From: Bdellovibrionales bacterium RIFOXYD12_FULL_39_22
GTDB lineage: Bacteria; Bdellovibrionota; Bacteriovoracia; Bacteriovoracales; Bacteriovoracaceae
Length of the DNA stretch: 64,000 bases
Assembly: GCA_001770205.1 (NCBI GenBank)
Contig: MEQL01000031.1
Coordinates: forward strand, 1-64,000
Direction of reading: 5' to 3'
A program made the translations under genes and the position numbers. Positions 41,287 to 50,889 of this stretch are shown here, piece after piece. The notes under the pieces are model-generated. The model worked only from the letters and a program-made list of their open reading frames with translations, did not search any database and was not told where the DNA came from. Positions within the stretch are counted from its first letter, which is position 1, and every line of letters begins with the position of its first letter.

Positions 41287-41985
41287 ATGGAACAGGTATC
41301 TGATTTTTTGGTCTACTGTATTGTTGGCAATGGAAGAGTTGCTAATCATTTTAAGCATTATTTCAATTTACAATCTATTCCCTTTAAAACTTGGCCGGAT
41401 TTTGATGGATGCCAGGTAGTTTTGATTTTAATTTCTGACTCGGCTATTTCCTCCTTTCTTGAGGATAATACCAAGCTGCTTTTTGGTAAAAAAGTTATTC
41501 ACTTTTCGGGAAGTGTGGTTGTTGCGGGGGCCCAAGGTTTTCATCCACTCATGAGTTTTGCCTCGCAGTTATATGAACTAGAGAGTTATCAGAAGATTCC
41601 ATTTGTGGTGGAAAAAGGAAAGTATTCGTTTGATGATATTTTCCCCAGATTTCCCAACCCCTCTGTGGAAATTTTACCAGAACAAAAAATTTATTACCAT
41701 GCGCTGTGTGTTATGGCCGGAAATTTTTCTACCCTTTTGTGGCAGAAACTTTTCAGTGATTTTGAAAAGAAGCTGGGAATCTCTAAGGAATTTGCCTTTC
41801 CCTACCTGCAGAGAATTTATAAAAATTTAGAAATTGATAGCGATGGAGCACTGACCGGGCCATTGATGCGTCAGGATTTTACAGTTGTAAAAGCACATTT
41901 GGCATTATTAAAAGAGCAAGATGAAAAAATGGGCGATATCTATAATGGTTTTGTGCGAGCATATTTTCCGGAGTTTTTTCTATGA
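41287..41985 (+). CDS. panG: Rossmann-like/DUF2520 protein, probable PanG-type ketopantoate reductase
   Basis: IVGNGRVA, HFSGS, FHPLMSF, YHALCVMAGNF, LTGPLMR; first gene of the pan operon, no panE present. Confidence 0.7.
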   Translation: MEQVSDFLVYCIVGNGRVANHFKHYFNLQSIPFKTWPDFDGCQVVLILISDSAISSFLEDNTKLLFGKKVIHFSGSVVVAGAQGFHPLMSFASQLYELESYQKIPFVVEKGKYSFDDIFPRFPNPSVEILPEQKIYYHALCVMAGNFSTLLWQKLFSDFEKKLGISKEFAFPYLQRIYKNLEIDSDGALTGPLMRQDFTVVKAHLALLKEQDEKMGDIYNGFVRAYFPEFFL

Positions 41986-42770
41986 ATGTTTTTGATTGGA
42001 AAAAGATGAAACGATCAGGAGAGGCCATTGCGATGGCCACTTGCTATGATTTTTGGTCAGCGCAAATTTTGGCCGGAAGTGATATCGATGCGCTACTGGT
42101 GGGGGATAGTTTGGCGATGGTGATGCATGGATATGAAAATACTTTGCATGCCACAATAGAAATGATGGCAACTCATACTGCAGCAGTAAAAAAGGGGGCC
42201 CCAAAGAAATTTATCGTTGCCGATATGCCTTTTTTGAGTTTTAGAAAGGGAATCGTGCCGGCCATGAATGCGGTAGAAATCTTGATGCGGGCGGGAGCAG
42301 ATGCTATCAAATTGGAGGGAGTTTCTGGACACGAGGAGGTAATTTCTCACATTGTGCGTTCAGGAATTTTGGTGATGGGCCACTTGGGTTTAACTCCTCA
42401 ATTTATTCATCAATTGGGAGGATATAAAATCCAAGGCCGCCAGGCCAACAATCGTGAGATGATTGTTCAGGATGCTAACCGATTGGAGGAGTTGGGAGTA
42501 TTTGGTATGGTGTTGGAGTGCGTTGATGATATAACCGCCCATGAGATTACAACAAAAGTTTCTGTGCCGACTATTGGGATCGGTGCGGGAGTTGGAGTCG
42601 ACGGGCAAGTTTTAGTTTTGCATGATCTTTTGGGCGTTAATCCTGATTTTAATCCTAAATTTTTGCGTAAATATTCCAACCTATATGATGACGTTTTATC
42701 GGCAGTTAATTTGTATAGCAAAGAGGTTAAGGAAAAGAGTTTTCCGCGGATGGAAGAATCGTATCAGTGA
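41982..42770 (+). CDS. panB: 3-methyl-2-oxobutanoate hydroxymethyltransferase
   Basis: LLVGDSL, ADMPF, KLEG, GHLGLTPQ, IGIGAG, DGQVLV. Confidence 0.97.
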   Translation: MNVFDWKKMKRSGEAIAMATCYDFWSAQILAGSDIDALLVGDSLAMVMHGYENTLHATIEMMATHTAAVKKGAPKKFIVADMPFLSFRKGIVPAMNAVEILMRAGADAIKLEGVSGHEEVISHIVRSGILVMGHLGLTPQFIHQLGGYKIQGRQANNREMIVQDANRLEELGVFGMVLECVDDITAHEITTKVSVPTIGIGAGVGVDGQVLVLHDLLGVNPDFNPKFLRKYSNLYDDVLSAVNLYSKEVKEKSFPRMEESYQ

Positions 42771-42821
42771 GTGAAGAGAAAAAGTGAAGACAAAAAAAGA
42801 AAAATAAAGATGAAAATGAAA

Positions 42822-43574
42822 ATGAAAATTATAAATACAGTCAGAGAGTTTCAAGCAACCAGAAAAGAGATGAGGGGGCGCTTGGGGTTTGTTCCGACGA
42901 TGGGAGCACTTCACGCGGGCCATGTTTCATTAATGGAGAGGGCCAAGGAGGAGTGCGATATTGTTGTGGCCAGTATTTTTGTTAATCCTACTCAGTTTAA
43001 TGATAAAAAAGATTTGGAAACCTATCCCAATACACTAGAGGCAGATTTGCATGCACTTGAAAACGCAGGAGTAGATTTTCTTTTTATGCCTAATTATAGC
43101 GAAGTATATCTTGATGATTATCGTTACGAAGTTCGAGAAAAAGAGTTGTCAAAAACTTTATGTGGGAAGGTTCGGCCTGGGCATTTTGATGGAGTGCTAA
43201 GTGTGGTAATGAAGCTTTTTAATATTGTGCGGCCAACCTGTGCTTATTTTGGAGAAAAAGACTATCAGCAATATTTATTAATTAAAGGAATGTGCGAGGC
43301 CTTTTTTTTAGAAATAGAAATTATTCCTTGCCCCCTCGTGCGAGAGGCAGATGGCCTTGCCATGAGCTCGCGAAATTTAAAATTAGATAGCACTGCCAGA
43401 CAGCTAGCTCCCCTTTTTTATCGAGAGTTAAGTAAATGTAAAAATTTACATGAGTGCCGATTAAATTTAGAGCGGGCAGGATTCGTGGTGGATTATTTAG
43501 AGGAAGAATTTGGGCGGCGCTTTGGGGCCGTTTTTTTAGGCAAAGTGAGGTTAATTGACAATGTCCAAATCTAA
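42822..43574 (+). CDS. panC: Pantoate--beta-alanine ligase
   Basis: FVPTMGALHAGH, FVNPTQF, RPGHFDGV, FGEKDYQQ, GLAMSSRN, RLIDN; alternative ATGs at 42810 and 42816. Confidence 0.96.
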   Translation: MKIINTVREFQATRKEMRGRLGFVPTMGALHAGHVSLMERAKEECDIVVASIFVNPTQFNDKKDLETYPNTLEADLHALENAGVDFLFMPNYSEVYLDDYRYEVREKELSKTLCGKVRPGHFDGVLSVVMKLFNIVRPTCAYFGEKDYQQYLLIKGMCEAFFLEIEIIPCPLVREADGLAMSSRNLKLDSTARQLAPLFYRELSKCKNLHECRLNLERAGFVVDYLEEEFGRRFGAVFLGKVRLIDNVQI

Positions 43575-44124
43575 TGAGGCAAAAAAGAAGCAGGCCAATG
43601 TCGTATTGATGCTTACCGGATCAATTGCTTGCTATAAAAGTTGTGAACTTATTTCTCGGCTAGTCAAAGAAGGCCATAGTGTTCGTTGCGTGGCCACCGA
43701 AGCGGCCCTACAATTTATTGGCGCCGCTACCCTGGAAGCACTATCTGGTAATCCGCTGCAAGTAGGAATGTTTGATGCCAAAATGAATATTGATCATGTC
43801 TCTTTGAATAAGTGGGCCGATCTATTCTTAGTTTGTCCGGCCACCGCCAACACTATTAATAAATTGGCCGCGGGCCTAGCAGAGGATTTAATTGGAGCGA
43901 CTTTTTTGGCCAATAATTTTAAAAAACCCTTTTGGATTGCGCCTGCGATGAATGAGGGAATGTATCTACATCCTGTTACATCGCGGTCAATTGGACTATT
44001 ACGCGAACTGGGTTGTTTTATTTTTGAGGTTGGTGAAGGGCGACTGGCCTGTGGGGATGTCGGTAAGGGTAAGTTATTGGAGATTGATTTGATTTGGGAG
44101 AAGATGCAGGAGGTGCTTAGATGA
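43561..44124 (+). CDS. coaC: Phosphopantothenoylcysteine decarboxylase (stand-alone)
   Basis: TGSIACYK, PATANTINK, APAMN, LACGDVGKG. Confidence 0.9.
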   Translation: MSKSNEAKKKQANVVLMLTGSIACYKSCELISRLVKEGHSVRCVATEAALQFIGAATLEALSGNPLQVGMFDAKMNIDHVSLNKWADLFLVCPATANTINKLAAGLAEDLIGATFLANNFKKPFWIAPAMNEGMYLHPVTSRSIGLLRELGCFIFEVGEGRLACGDVGKGKLLEIDLIWEKMQEVLR

Positions 44125-44864
44125 ACAAGGCCTGCCAAAAAGAGCAAGATATTCTTAGAGTGCTAGTGACAGGTGGTGCCACCTGCGAACGCATTGATGA
44201 CGTTCGCTATATCACTAATGTTAGCTCAGGGAAAACGGCAGTAAACATTTGTGAAGAATTAATAAAATGTGCTGATGAACAGAAACGTTTCGTGGAAGTT
44301 TTTTATTTGCATGGGAAATATGCATCTATTCCAAATTATATTGGAAAGCTAGGTAATATAAAATCTTTTTCTTACACCAGCTTTGTCGACTTAAATGAGA
44401 TGATGAGAAATATGTTGGGAGAGATTAAATTTAATGCGGTTATTCATCTGGCGGCGGTAAGTGATTATTCGGTAGAGTCAGTTGCGATTGGTAGTGGAGC
44501 ACAAGAACAATTGCTTGCTCCAAATAAATTATCCAAACTTTCATCTCAAGAAGAGATTAGTTTAAAACTAAAACGTAATTTTAAGATTATTGAGCGGATT
44601 CGGGAATATGATAGTAGTAAGCAGGCGATGATTGTGGGCTTTAAACTCACTGACTCTGAAAACCCTACTGAGCGCAAGGCGGCAGTGGCCCGCCTTTTAG
44701 GAAGTAACAAAGGAGTGGATTACGTTGTACACAATGATCTTCACGATATTGGAGAAAAGCAACACTGGGCAACTATTTATGATGCCAAAATGGCAGAAGT
44801 TGAACGAACAAAAAACAAAGAGGAGTTGGCAAAGTTTTTATCAAACTTAGTAATAAAGCATTAA
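44121..44864 (+). CDS. coaB: Phosphopantothenate--cysteine ligase (stand-alone)
   Basis: VTGGATCERIDDVRYITNVSSG, AAVSDY, VGFKL; own AGGAGG RBS and ATGA overlap. Confidence 0.88.
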   Translation: MNKACQKEQDILRVLVTGGATCERIDDVRYITNVSSGKTAVNICEELIKCADEQKRFVEVFYLHGKYASIPNYIGKLGNIKSFSYTSFVDLNEMMRNMLGEIKFNAVIHLAAVSDYSVESVAIGSGAQEQLLAPNKLSKLSSQEEISLKLKRNFKIIERIREYDSSKQAMIVGFKLTDSENPTERKAAVARLLGSNKGVDYVVHNDLHDIGEKQHWATIYDAKMAEVERTKNKEELAKFLSNLVIKH

Positions 44865-44903
44865 TTTAAAATATTTCTAGAGATATTTAACAAGGAGTAG
44901 GTT

Positions 44904-45734
44904 GTGATTTTGTGCTTGGATGTGGGAAACAGTCAAATATATGGCGGGTTGTTTGATGGAGGAGAAATACGGCTTAATTTTAGAAAAGTTACCGGGCAGA
45001 CGGTTTCTTCGGATGAATATGGCCTTTTTTTAAAAGTAGTGTTGCGCGAAAATGGTTTTGATCCAGATACTGTTTCGCACATTGGAATTTGCTCAGTTGT
45101 TCCAGATATTGTGCATTCGTTGCGTAACGGATGTGTAAAATATTTTGGCGCAGAGCCATTTGTAATTGGGCCGGGGGTTAAAAGTGGTTTGAATATTAAG
45201 TATCGAAATCCGAGAGAGGTTGGCGCGGATCGAATTGCTAACGCCATCGCGGCCGTGGGAATTTGGCCTAACCGTAATTTGATTATTGTTGATTTGGGTA
45301 CGGCCACTACTTTTTGTGCAGTTTCTAAAAATCGCGAGTATCTAGGTGGAGCAATTATCCCAGGTATGCGAATTTCGATGGAGGCCCTATCTCAGCGAAC
45401 GGCCAAGTTGCCAAAGGTAGAAATTGTAGTGCCAGAAAACGGAGTTGGCCGCTCCACCGTAGAGAGTATTCAAAGTGGGCTTTTTTATGGCCACGTAGGA
45501 AGTGCTAAAGAAATTATTCGGCAAATTACCCAAGAGTGTTTTGCAAACGGCGACGGAGAAGAGCGTCCATTGGTGGTGGGAACCGGCGGTTTTTCTCGTA
45601 TCTTTGAGAAGGAAGGAATCTTTGATGCCATTGCGCCTGATTTGGTATTGCAGGGTATTTATCAATCACTAATTTTAAATTTAAATCTAGATCCTGGAAT
45701 GGAAATGTCCAGAGAGAATGGGGGGTATGTATGA
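44904..45734 (+). CDS. coaX: Type III pantothenate kinase
   Basis: [32 protein letters not shown]. Confidence 0.95.
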   Translation: MILCLDVGNSQIYGGLFDGGEIRLNFRKVTGQTVSSDEYGLFLKVVLRENGFDPDTVSHIGICSVVPDIVHSLRNGCVKYFGAEPFVIGPGVKSGLNIKYRNPREVGADRIANAIAAVGIWPNRNLIIVDLGTATTFCAVSKNREYLGGAIIPGMRISMEALSQRTAKLPKVEIVVPENGVGRSTVESIQSGLFYGHVGSAKEIIRQITQECFANGDGEERPLVVGTGGFSRIFEKEGIFDAIAPDLVLQGIYQSLILNLNLDPGMEMSRENGGYV

Positions 45735-46099
45735 TGTTGACAGTTTTTAAATCCAAGCTTCATCGCGCTACAGTTACCGGCGCAGATATTGATTATGAAG
45801 GTTCGATTTCCATTGATCCGGCACTCTGTGAAGCGGCAGGATTTGCTCCTTTTGAGCGAGTAGAAATTTATAATATTAACAATGGTGAGCGTTTTGCCAC
45901 TTATGTTATTTACGGGAAAGAGGCCGGAGAGATTGGACTAAATGGTGCGGCCGCGCGATTGGTTCATAAAGGTGATAAGGTTATTATTGTCTCTTATGCC
46001 CTGCTTGATCAAAAAGAAGTTCATGCGCATCGGCCAACGGTAGTACTGCTAGATGATCATAATCGCATTAAAGCGAAGAAAGAGCAGCCCAATTTTTAG
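45731..46099 (+). CDS. panD: Aspartate 1-decarboxylase
   Basis: [18 protein letters not shown] self-cleavage site, [14 protein letters not shown]. Confidence 0.97.
   Translation: MMLTVFKSKLHRATVTGADIDYEGSISIDPALCEAAGFAPFERVEIYNINNGERFATYVIYGKEAGEIGLNGAAARLVHKGDKVIIVSYALLDQKEVHAHRPTVVLLDDHNRIKAKKEQPNF
46003..46094 (+). repeat. 92-bp direct repeat, copy 1 (panD 3' end)
   Basis: Identical to 47157-47248 except G46075/A47229. Confidence 0.97.
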
Positions 46100-46298
46100 G
46101 CAGTATTAATTAAGATAATAGCTTGCCTTTAGGGGTATTAGATTTTTTGAGCAGGAGAATTTAACTGTTTATTTGAAAATTAGCCGGTTAACATGGACAT
46201 ATTTTACCTAAGCAATTTAGGTTCTTCTAAGCGTTATTTCATAATCTTGCGGGTATTTAATTAATCAACGAAACATCTAGTTGAGAAGCTTTAGTTAT

Positions 46299-46339
46299 TT
46301 GACAAAATATCAATATATGACATATGATCAATATATGTC
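46299..46339 (+). promoter_or_regulatory. Sigma-70 promoter with overlapping palindromic operator
   Basis: TTGACA-N18-TATGAT; inverted repeat GACATAT-N7-ATATGTC at 46319-46339. Confidence 0.7.
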
Positions 46340-46652
46340 TCCAGCAGATTTTAAAATAGAAAAAATGAACCGCAATGAGTCTAGAAAGCTTGTTCGCAAG
46401 ATTATGACGCTGATGCCACAAAATGTGTTGTTTTCAAAACATGCTCTGGCCGAGCTTGAAAATGATGATTTAACAACCACTGACGCTCTTAATATTTTAA
46501 AAAGCTCAGATTCAAAAATTATCGATGATGGAGAATTTGAACATGGTAGTTACCGCTATCGCTTGGAAACTGGCAATATTGTAGTTGTCATATGCTTTTC
46601 AAGTAATGGAGAGCATCTCATTGTTGTAACAGCGTGGGATAAGCGAAAATAA
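46335..46652 (+). CDS. DUF4258-like (RelE/MqsR-fold) putative toxin
   Basis: FSKHALAEL..D ALNIL..YRYRL..LIVVTAW pattern; upstream of a Zn-finger HTH gene; ORF track start 46281. Confidence 0.75.
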   Translation: MSPADFKIEKMNRNESRKLVRKIMTLMPQNVLFSKHALAELENDDLTTTDALNILKSSDSKIIDDGEFEHGSYRYRLETGNIVVVICFSSNGEHLIVVTAWDKRK

Positions 46653-46667
46653 AACTGGAGTATCTTT

Positions 46668-47162
46668 ATGAAATGTTCATTCTGCGAAAGTAAAAAAGAG
46701 TTAAAAAAATCAAAGGCCAACTATCGCTATAAAGATTGTGGACTAGATAATGTCACCCTTATTGATGTTCCAATTTTAAAATGCCATGAGTGTGGAGAAG
46801 AGTTGATACAATTTGGAGATCTTGAAAAATTACATGCAACAATTGCCAAGCTTTTGCTCCATAAGGCCGATCTTCTTAAAGGAAGCGAGATTCGTTTTTT
46901 GCGCAAGCATTTAGGGTACTCTGGAATAATGTTTGCACACCTAATTGGATATGCTCATGAAACCCTCTCTCGAATAGAAACAGGGGCCCAGCCAGTGGTA
47001 GAAACACTAGATAGACTTGTTCGCTTTGCTATTGGAAATAAAATGCCTGATAGAGATTATGATTTGCATGATATGATTTTAAATAATACTGGTAAAAAAT
47101 TCTCGCGAATTGAACTCAAGAGATCGGCTAAAGGCGAATGGATGGAGAAGAAGGCAGCTTGA
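46668..47162 (+). CDS. MqsA/YgiT-type Zn-finger + HTH antitoxin
   Basis: CSFC..CHECGE zinc ribbon, EIRFLRKHLG..FAHLIG..TLSRIETG HTH. Confidence 0.88.
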   Translation: MKCSFCESKKELKKSKANYRYKDCGLDNVTLIDVPILKCHECGEELIQFGDLEKLHATIAKLLLHKADLLKGSEIRFLRKHLGYSGIMFAHLIGYAHETLSRIETGAQPVVETLDRLVRFAIGNKMPDRDYDLHDMILNNTGKKFSRIELKRSAKGEWMEKKAA

Positions 47163-47248
47163 TCAAAAAGAAGTTCATGCGCATCGGCCAACGGTAGTAC
47201 TGCTAGATGATCATAATCGCATTAAAGCAAAGAAAGAGCAGCCCAATT
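47157..47248 (+). repeat. 92-bp direct repeat, copy 2 (orphan panD 3' end)
   Basis: Encodes [30 protein letters not shown] followed by TAA. Confidence 0.97.
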
Positions 47249-47596
47249 AATGGCCTCTATTTCTTTAAAGCCTTCTAATTTTGTATACTCCTTAAGTCCA
47301 GATTGATGTTGCAAAAGATGTCTAATTGTAATGCCCTGAAACTGCCTAAGATTTGTGACGATGCTCCTGAATTTAAAGGTATTTTAGAATTACTTGGGCC
47401 AGACTGAAAACAGGTTTCCAGTAGACTATGGTTTCGTCCTTACACCTTCTTGATTTCATTTTGTTGATTGTAAAAATAATTTACAGTGTGGAAAGAATTA
47501 CAGCTATCCAGGAGCTACTGTATCATTGCACTCAACTTTGTATTACGCTGAGCTTATATAATAATAGTGCCCAGATGAAGGAATGGAGAGTCGTAT

Positions 47597-49123
47597 ATGA
47601 GCAGTAAGAAAGGGCCGTTTGCAATATTATTACTTCTATTGTGGATGTGTGATCTTTTTGCCGGGCAAAATGGTCCTCCCGAACCAGACAAATATCCATA
47701 TCGAGTAAGTTCGCTTAATAGCAATAAAATGCAGATCATCAATACCGGCATTGCGGCCTTGTATGCTCGCATAGATCTGATTAGACGCGCCACTACCACA
47801 CTTGAGTTGGAAACTTTTATTTTTAATTATGATTCGGCAGGACGAATCATTGTGCAGGAGTTAATTGAGGCGGCCAAACGCGGGGTAGCAGTGCGGGTAT
47901 TAATTGACAAATCTCTGGCAGTTTTTAAATTGAATGAATATTACGCCACTGTTTTGGCCGAGCATAAAATTGAGATGCGTTACTATAATCCTGCTGCACT
48001 AGTTGAAATATCCTCCGTGCAGTTTCGCAATCATCGTAAGTTGTTAGTGCGTGATGGGGTGGAGGCCATAACTGGTGGACGAAATATCGCAGACGAATAT
48101 TTTGATTTATCGAAGACGTTTAATTTTCTAGATAGAGATGTCTGGGTGGAAGGGGAGCTGGTTAAGGCCATGAGGGATGGATTTGAATTATATTGGGCAT
48201 CAGATATTGTGCAAACTCCGGCCATGGTGAAGATGCCTACAAGAAGGGTTACTAAGCGCGGGGAATTTGTCTATGGGCCAGAAGATGAAGAGGCGCATAA
48301 GGCGCAAATGAAAACGTACAATCGAAAGATGACGGAAGCTCGGGCCTTAGTGGAGCTTACAAGAGAGGATGAAAGGAATTTAGAGTTTGCGCTTTCATAT
48401 GGAGCACAGGCCTTGCAAACGACTAAAAAATATGATTGCCCAGAGGCCTCTTTTGCCACAGATCGAGAAGGCGCCAGTCTCATTCAGCGTATTTTTTCTA
48501 AAAACTATAATCAAAATTATCGTTTGCTGCGAAAAGAGATTGCGGAATGGTTGGGCAAAATCGATGATGAGGTTATTTTCGACTCGCCATATTTTTTAGA
48601 GAATTCAAGAAGTAGAAAAATTATGCAGCAGTTGTTGGATGGGGGTGTCAAAATAACGATTTTGACAAACAGCATAAACTCTACTGACGCTTTGTATGTA
48701 GCGACCGTTTTTGATGACACGGTAAAATTATACACTCCCTATGATGCGTTTAATGCGTATATTTACAAGGGAACTTTTTCTAATGAAGCTGATTTAGTTA
48801 GTAACGAGGTTAGAAACGCGGTGTGGGGTACGCACTCAAAAACCATACTTTTTAATGATAACTCTTTTATGATTGGAACATTTAATATTGATAATCGATC
48901 AAATTTTTATAACACCGAAATGGCCATTTTTTGTAGCGGTAGTCCAGAGCTGGCCAATGATGTTTATCGCAATATCAAAGTGCGTATGAAAAACTCATAT
49001 CATTTGGGAGCGGATGGGAAACCTGATGATGGCACGAAACTTTTGGATGGTGCGAGTATGAAGAAAAAACTGCTTTTTTATATGCTAAAAATTCCAGCAA
49101 CAATTTTTCAATTTTTAATGTAA
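47597..49123 (+). CDS. Phospholipase D family protein (ClsC/YmdC-like), exported
   Basis: HRKLLVRD..GGRN and HSKTILFN..GTFN..NTE motifs; signal peptide. Confidence 0.9.
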   Translation: MSSKKGPFAILLLLLWMCDLFAGQNGPPEPDKYPYRVSSLNSNKMQIINTGIAALYARIDLIRRATTTLELETFIFNYDSAGRIIVQELIEAAKRGVAVRVLIDKSLAVFKLNEYYATVLAEHKIEMRYYNPAALVEISSVQFRNHRKLLVRDGVEAITGGRNIADEYFDLSKTFNFLDRDVWVEGELVKAMRDGFELYWASDIVQTPAMVKMPTRRVTKRGEFVYGPEDEEAHKAQMKTYNRKMTEARALVELTREDERNLEFALSYGAQALQTTKKYDCPEASFATDREGASLIQRIFSKNYNQNYRLLRKEIAEWLGKIDDEVIFDSPYFLENSRSRKIMQQLLDGGVKITILTNSINSTDALYVATVFDDTVKLYTPYDAFNAYIYKGTFSNEADLVSNEVRNAVWGTHSKTILFNDNSFMIGTFNIDNRSNFYNTEMAIFCSGSPELANDVYRNIKVRMKNSYHLGADGKPDDGTKLLDGASMKKKLLFYMLKIPATIFQFLM

Positions 49124-49143
49124 CATAAGTCCATTTTGTTGTA

Positions 49144-49188
49144 ACCGCCGGCCAAAATAGATATAAGTTTGGCCGGCGGTATTTAATT
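49144..49188 (+). terminator. Probable intrinsic terminator
   Basis: 13-bp stem ACCGCCGGCCAAA/TTTGGCCGGCGGT followed by ATTTAATT, 20 nt after the PLD stop. Confidence 0.6.
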
Positions 49189-49291
49189 GCAGTCCTGCCA
49201 ATTGCGCTTTCAGTAAAAGGATGGTACGGATATAGGTTAGATTACGTATTAACTTAGATGTTAAATTTCAATATTTGGGATGGAATTGATT

Positions 49292-50368
49292 ATGGCAAAA
49301 AAAAATAACAAAAAAGTTGTAGATGATAAGAAAAAAGGTAAGTCTAAAAAGACAGCTGCGCCAGTAAAGGTCAAAATAGTTGCTAAACCAGTTATTGCTA
49401 AGGGAAAAGACAAAAAAACTGGTGCCGCTAAAGTGGCCACGGCAAAAGGAACTCTGGCCAAGAGTAAAGCGGCCACAGTGAAAAAAACGCCGCCGGTTGT
49501 GGCAAAAAAAGGTGCCTCTGCAACGAAGAAAGCACACCCGTCTCGGCCAATAGCAAAATCCCCCGCGAAGGCCAGCAATAAAAAAGTTCAGGCCAAAGCA
49601 GCCCCGGCCACAAAAAGTAAAGTGTCAGCTAAAACGAAAAAAATTGAAAAGGCCCAAGTTCACCCCAAAAAAGAGGCCAAAAAAGTAGAAAAGAAAAAAA
49701 TAGTTAAAACGGCAGCTGCGCCTGCAAAAATAAAGGGCAAGAAAACGGCCCCTGCGAAAGCACAAGAGGTAGTTGCGGCAAAAAAGGGACGGCAGGCCAA
49801 AGAAGATAGCAAAAAAAATGAAGAAGCTGCACCAATCAAGGGCCGAGGAAGAGGACGTAGTGATGATATCATTAATGTTTCCGAAAGCTCTTTCAAGGTG
49901 GACATTGAAAAGGAGATAAAGGAAAGCTTAGTAGAAGAGATTTTATCACTAAGTGAGAGTTTTTCTATTAAGTCTATTTTTGATTCTCTAAAACTAGTAG
50001 ATTATTTTCAATCAGACTCAGACGAGTGCATAGAAAAGGATTGCGATAATCCGGATACTACTCTTGGCTATTGTCGCTATCACTACATAAAAAATTGGGC
50101 AGATATAAAGAAGAAGCAGAATATATTGTTGGACGGAAAGTTACAGCGCTTTGTTACTGAGTTAATGGAGAAGTATCCAATTAAATATTTAGAGGCCGTC
50201 TTAACCGATTTGGCCGATGAAAAGGCATTTTATAATTCACTTAAAGAACTAGATATTGAGTCGGCGGCAGAAGTTTTTGATGATGTTGATAATGATCTGG
50301 TTGAAGATGAACAAGATATTGCTTTTGAAACTAAGGGCCTTTCAAGTAAAGATTTTGAGGAAATTTAG
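49292..50368 (+). CDS. Lys/Ala-rich histone H1-like N-terminus + CCCH domain + acidic tail
   Basis: ~190 aa K/A/P low complexity; CIEKDC..YCRYH; D/E-rich end. Confidence 0.7.
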   Translation: MAKKNNKKVVDDKKKGKSKKTAAPVKVKIVAKPVIAKGKDKKTGAAKVATAKGTLAKSKAATVKKTPPVVAKKGASATKKAHPSRPIAKSPAKASNKKVQAKAAPATKSKVSAKTKKIEKAQVHPKKEAKKVEKKKIVKTAAAPAKIKGKKTAPAKAQEVVAAKKGRQAKEDSKKNEEAAPIKGRGRGRSDDIINVSESSFKVDIEKEIKESLVEEILSLSESFSIKSIFDSLKLVDYFQSDSDECIEKDCDNPDTTLGYCRYHYIKNWADIKKKQNILLDGKLQRFVTELMEKYPIKYLEAVLTDLADEKAFYNSLKELDIESAAEVFDDVDNDLVEDEQDIAFETKGLSSKDFEEI

Positions 50369-50805
50369 TTGTTAGAGAGCAGGCCATCGGCCATTTTTGA
50401 GAGTCGAATATTTTCTCTAGTTACCTGATAATAAAACAAAGTTTTTTTGTAAGTGGCTTCTGTCCAGGTCGGGGAGTAGTCGTCCCACTCATGAGAGTTG
50501 AAGTATTGATCTAAAAAGACGCCAGTTATGTCTAAGATATTTTTGAGTAGTTTAGTTGCATTTTCTTTTTTATCCAGATCAAGAGAGAGAATAAAGGATA
50601 CTGGTGCACTATTTGGGGAAGATGGAGATATAAGGGATATGGCAACCACTATTTCATCATGGTAAGCATCCCCAAACACCTCAATTGTCCTACTATTTTT
50701 ATCTAGTTCATTTTTATAAATATGATGCAAACTTTTTTCAAATTCAGCAACCCATTCCTCGGAAAGTGGGGTGGGGGAGGCCTCAAAGTTTTTTCTTGCT
50801 AGCAT
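50365..50805 (-). CDS. Hypothetical protein
   Basis: 146 aa ORF with GAGG RBS. Confidence 0.65.
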   Translation of the reverse strand: MLARKNFEASPTPLSEEWVAEFEKSLHHIYKNELDKNSRTIEVFGDAYHDEIVVAISLISPSSPNSAPVSFILSLDLDKKENATKLLKNILDITGVFLDQYFNSHEWDDYSPTWTEATYKKTLFYYQVTRENIRLSKMADGLLSNN

Positions 50806-50889
50806 TTATTACCTCTTTGATTAAAATGGCAGTCAAATTACACTATAATAAAAACATCTTCAAGTTATGTTTTTTACAGGAGAGTTTTC

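Larger units (their letters stand above)
46095..47248 (+). mobile_element. Toxin-antitoxin islet inserted at the panD 3' end
   Basis: Only a TA pair lies between the two 92-bp repeats; no integrase or transposase. Confidence 0.65.

Noticed and set aside
42809..42830. ATGAAA x3 at the panC start as a phase-variation tract
   Set aside because: A 6-bp unit keeps the frame; it only makes the start ambiguous
47250..47596. Gene remnant or sRNA after the TA islet
   Set aside because: Only short ORFs with no recognisable motif or stable structure
48832..48858. Second PLD motif reads HxKxxxxN
   Set aside because: Catalytic His and Lys are intact and an Asp follows one residue later; too weak to imply altered function
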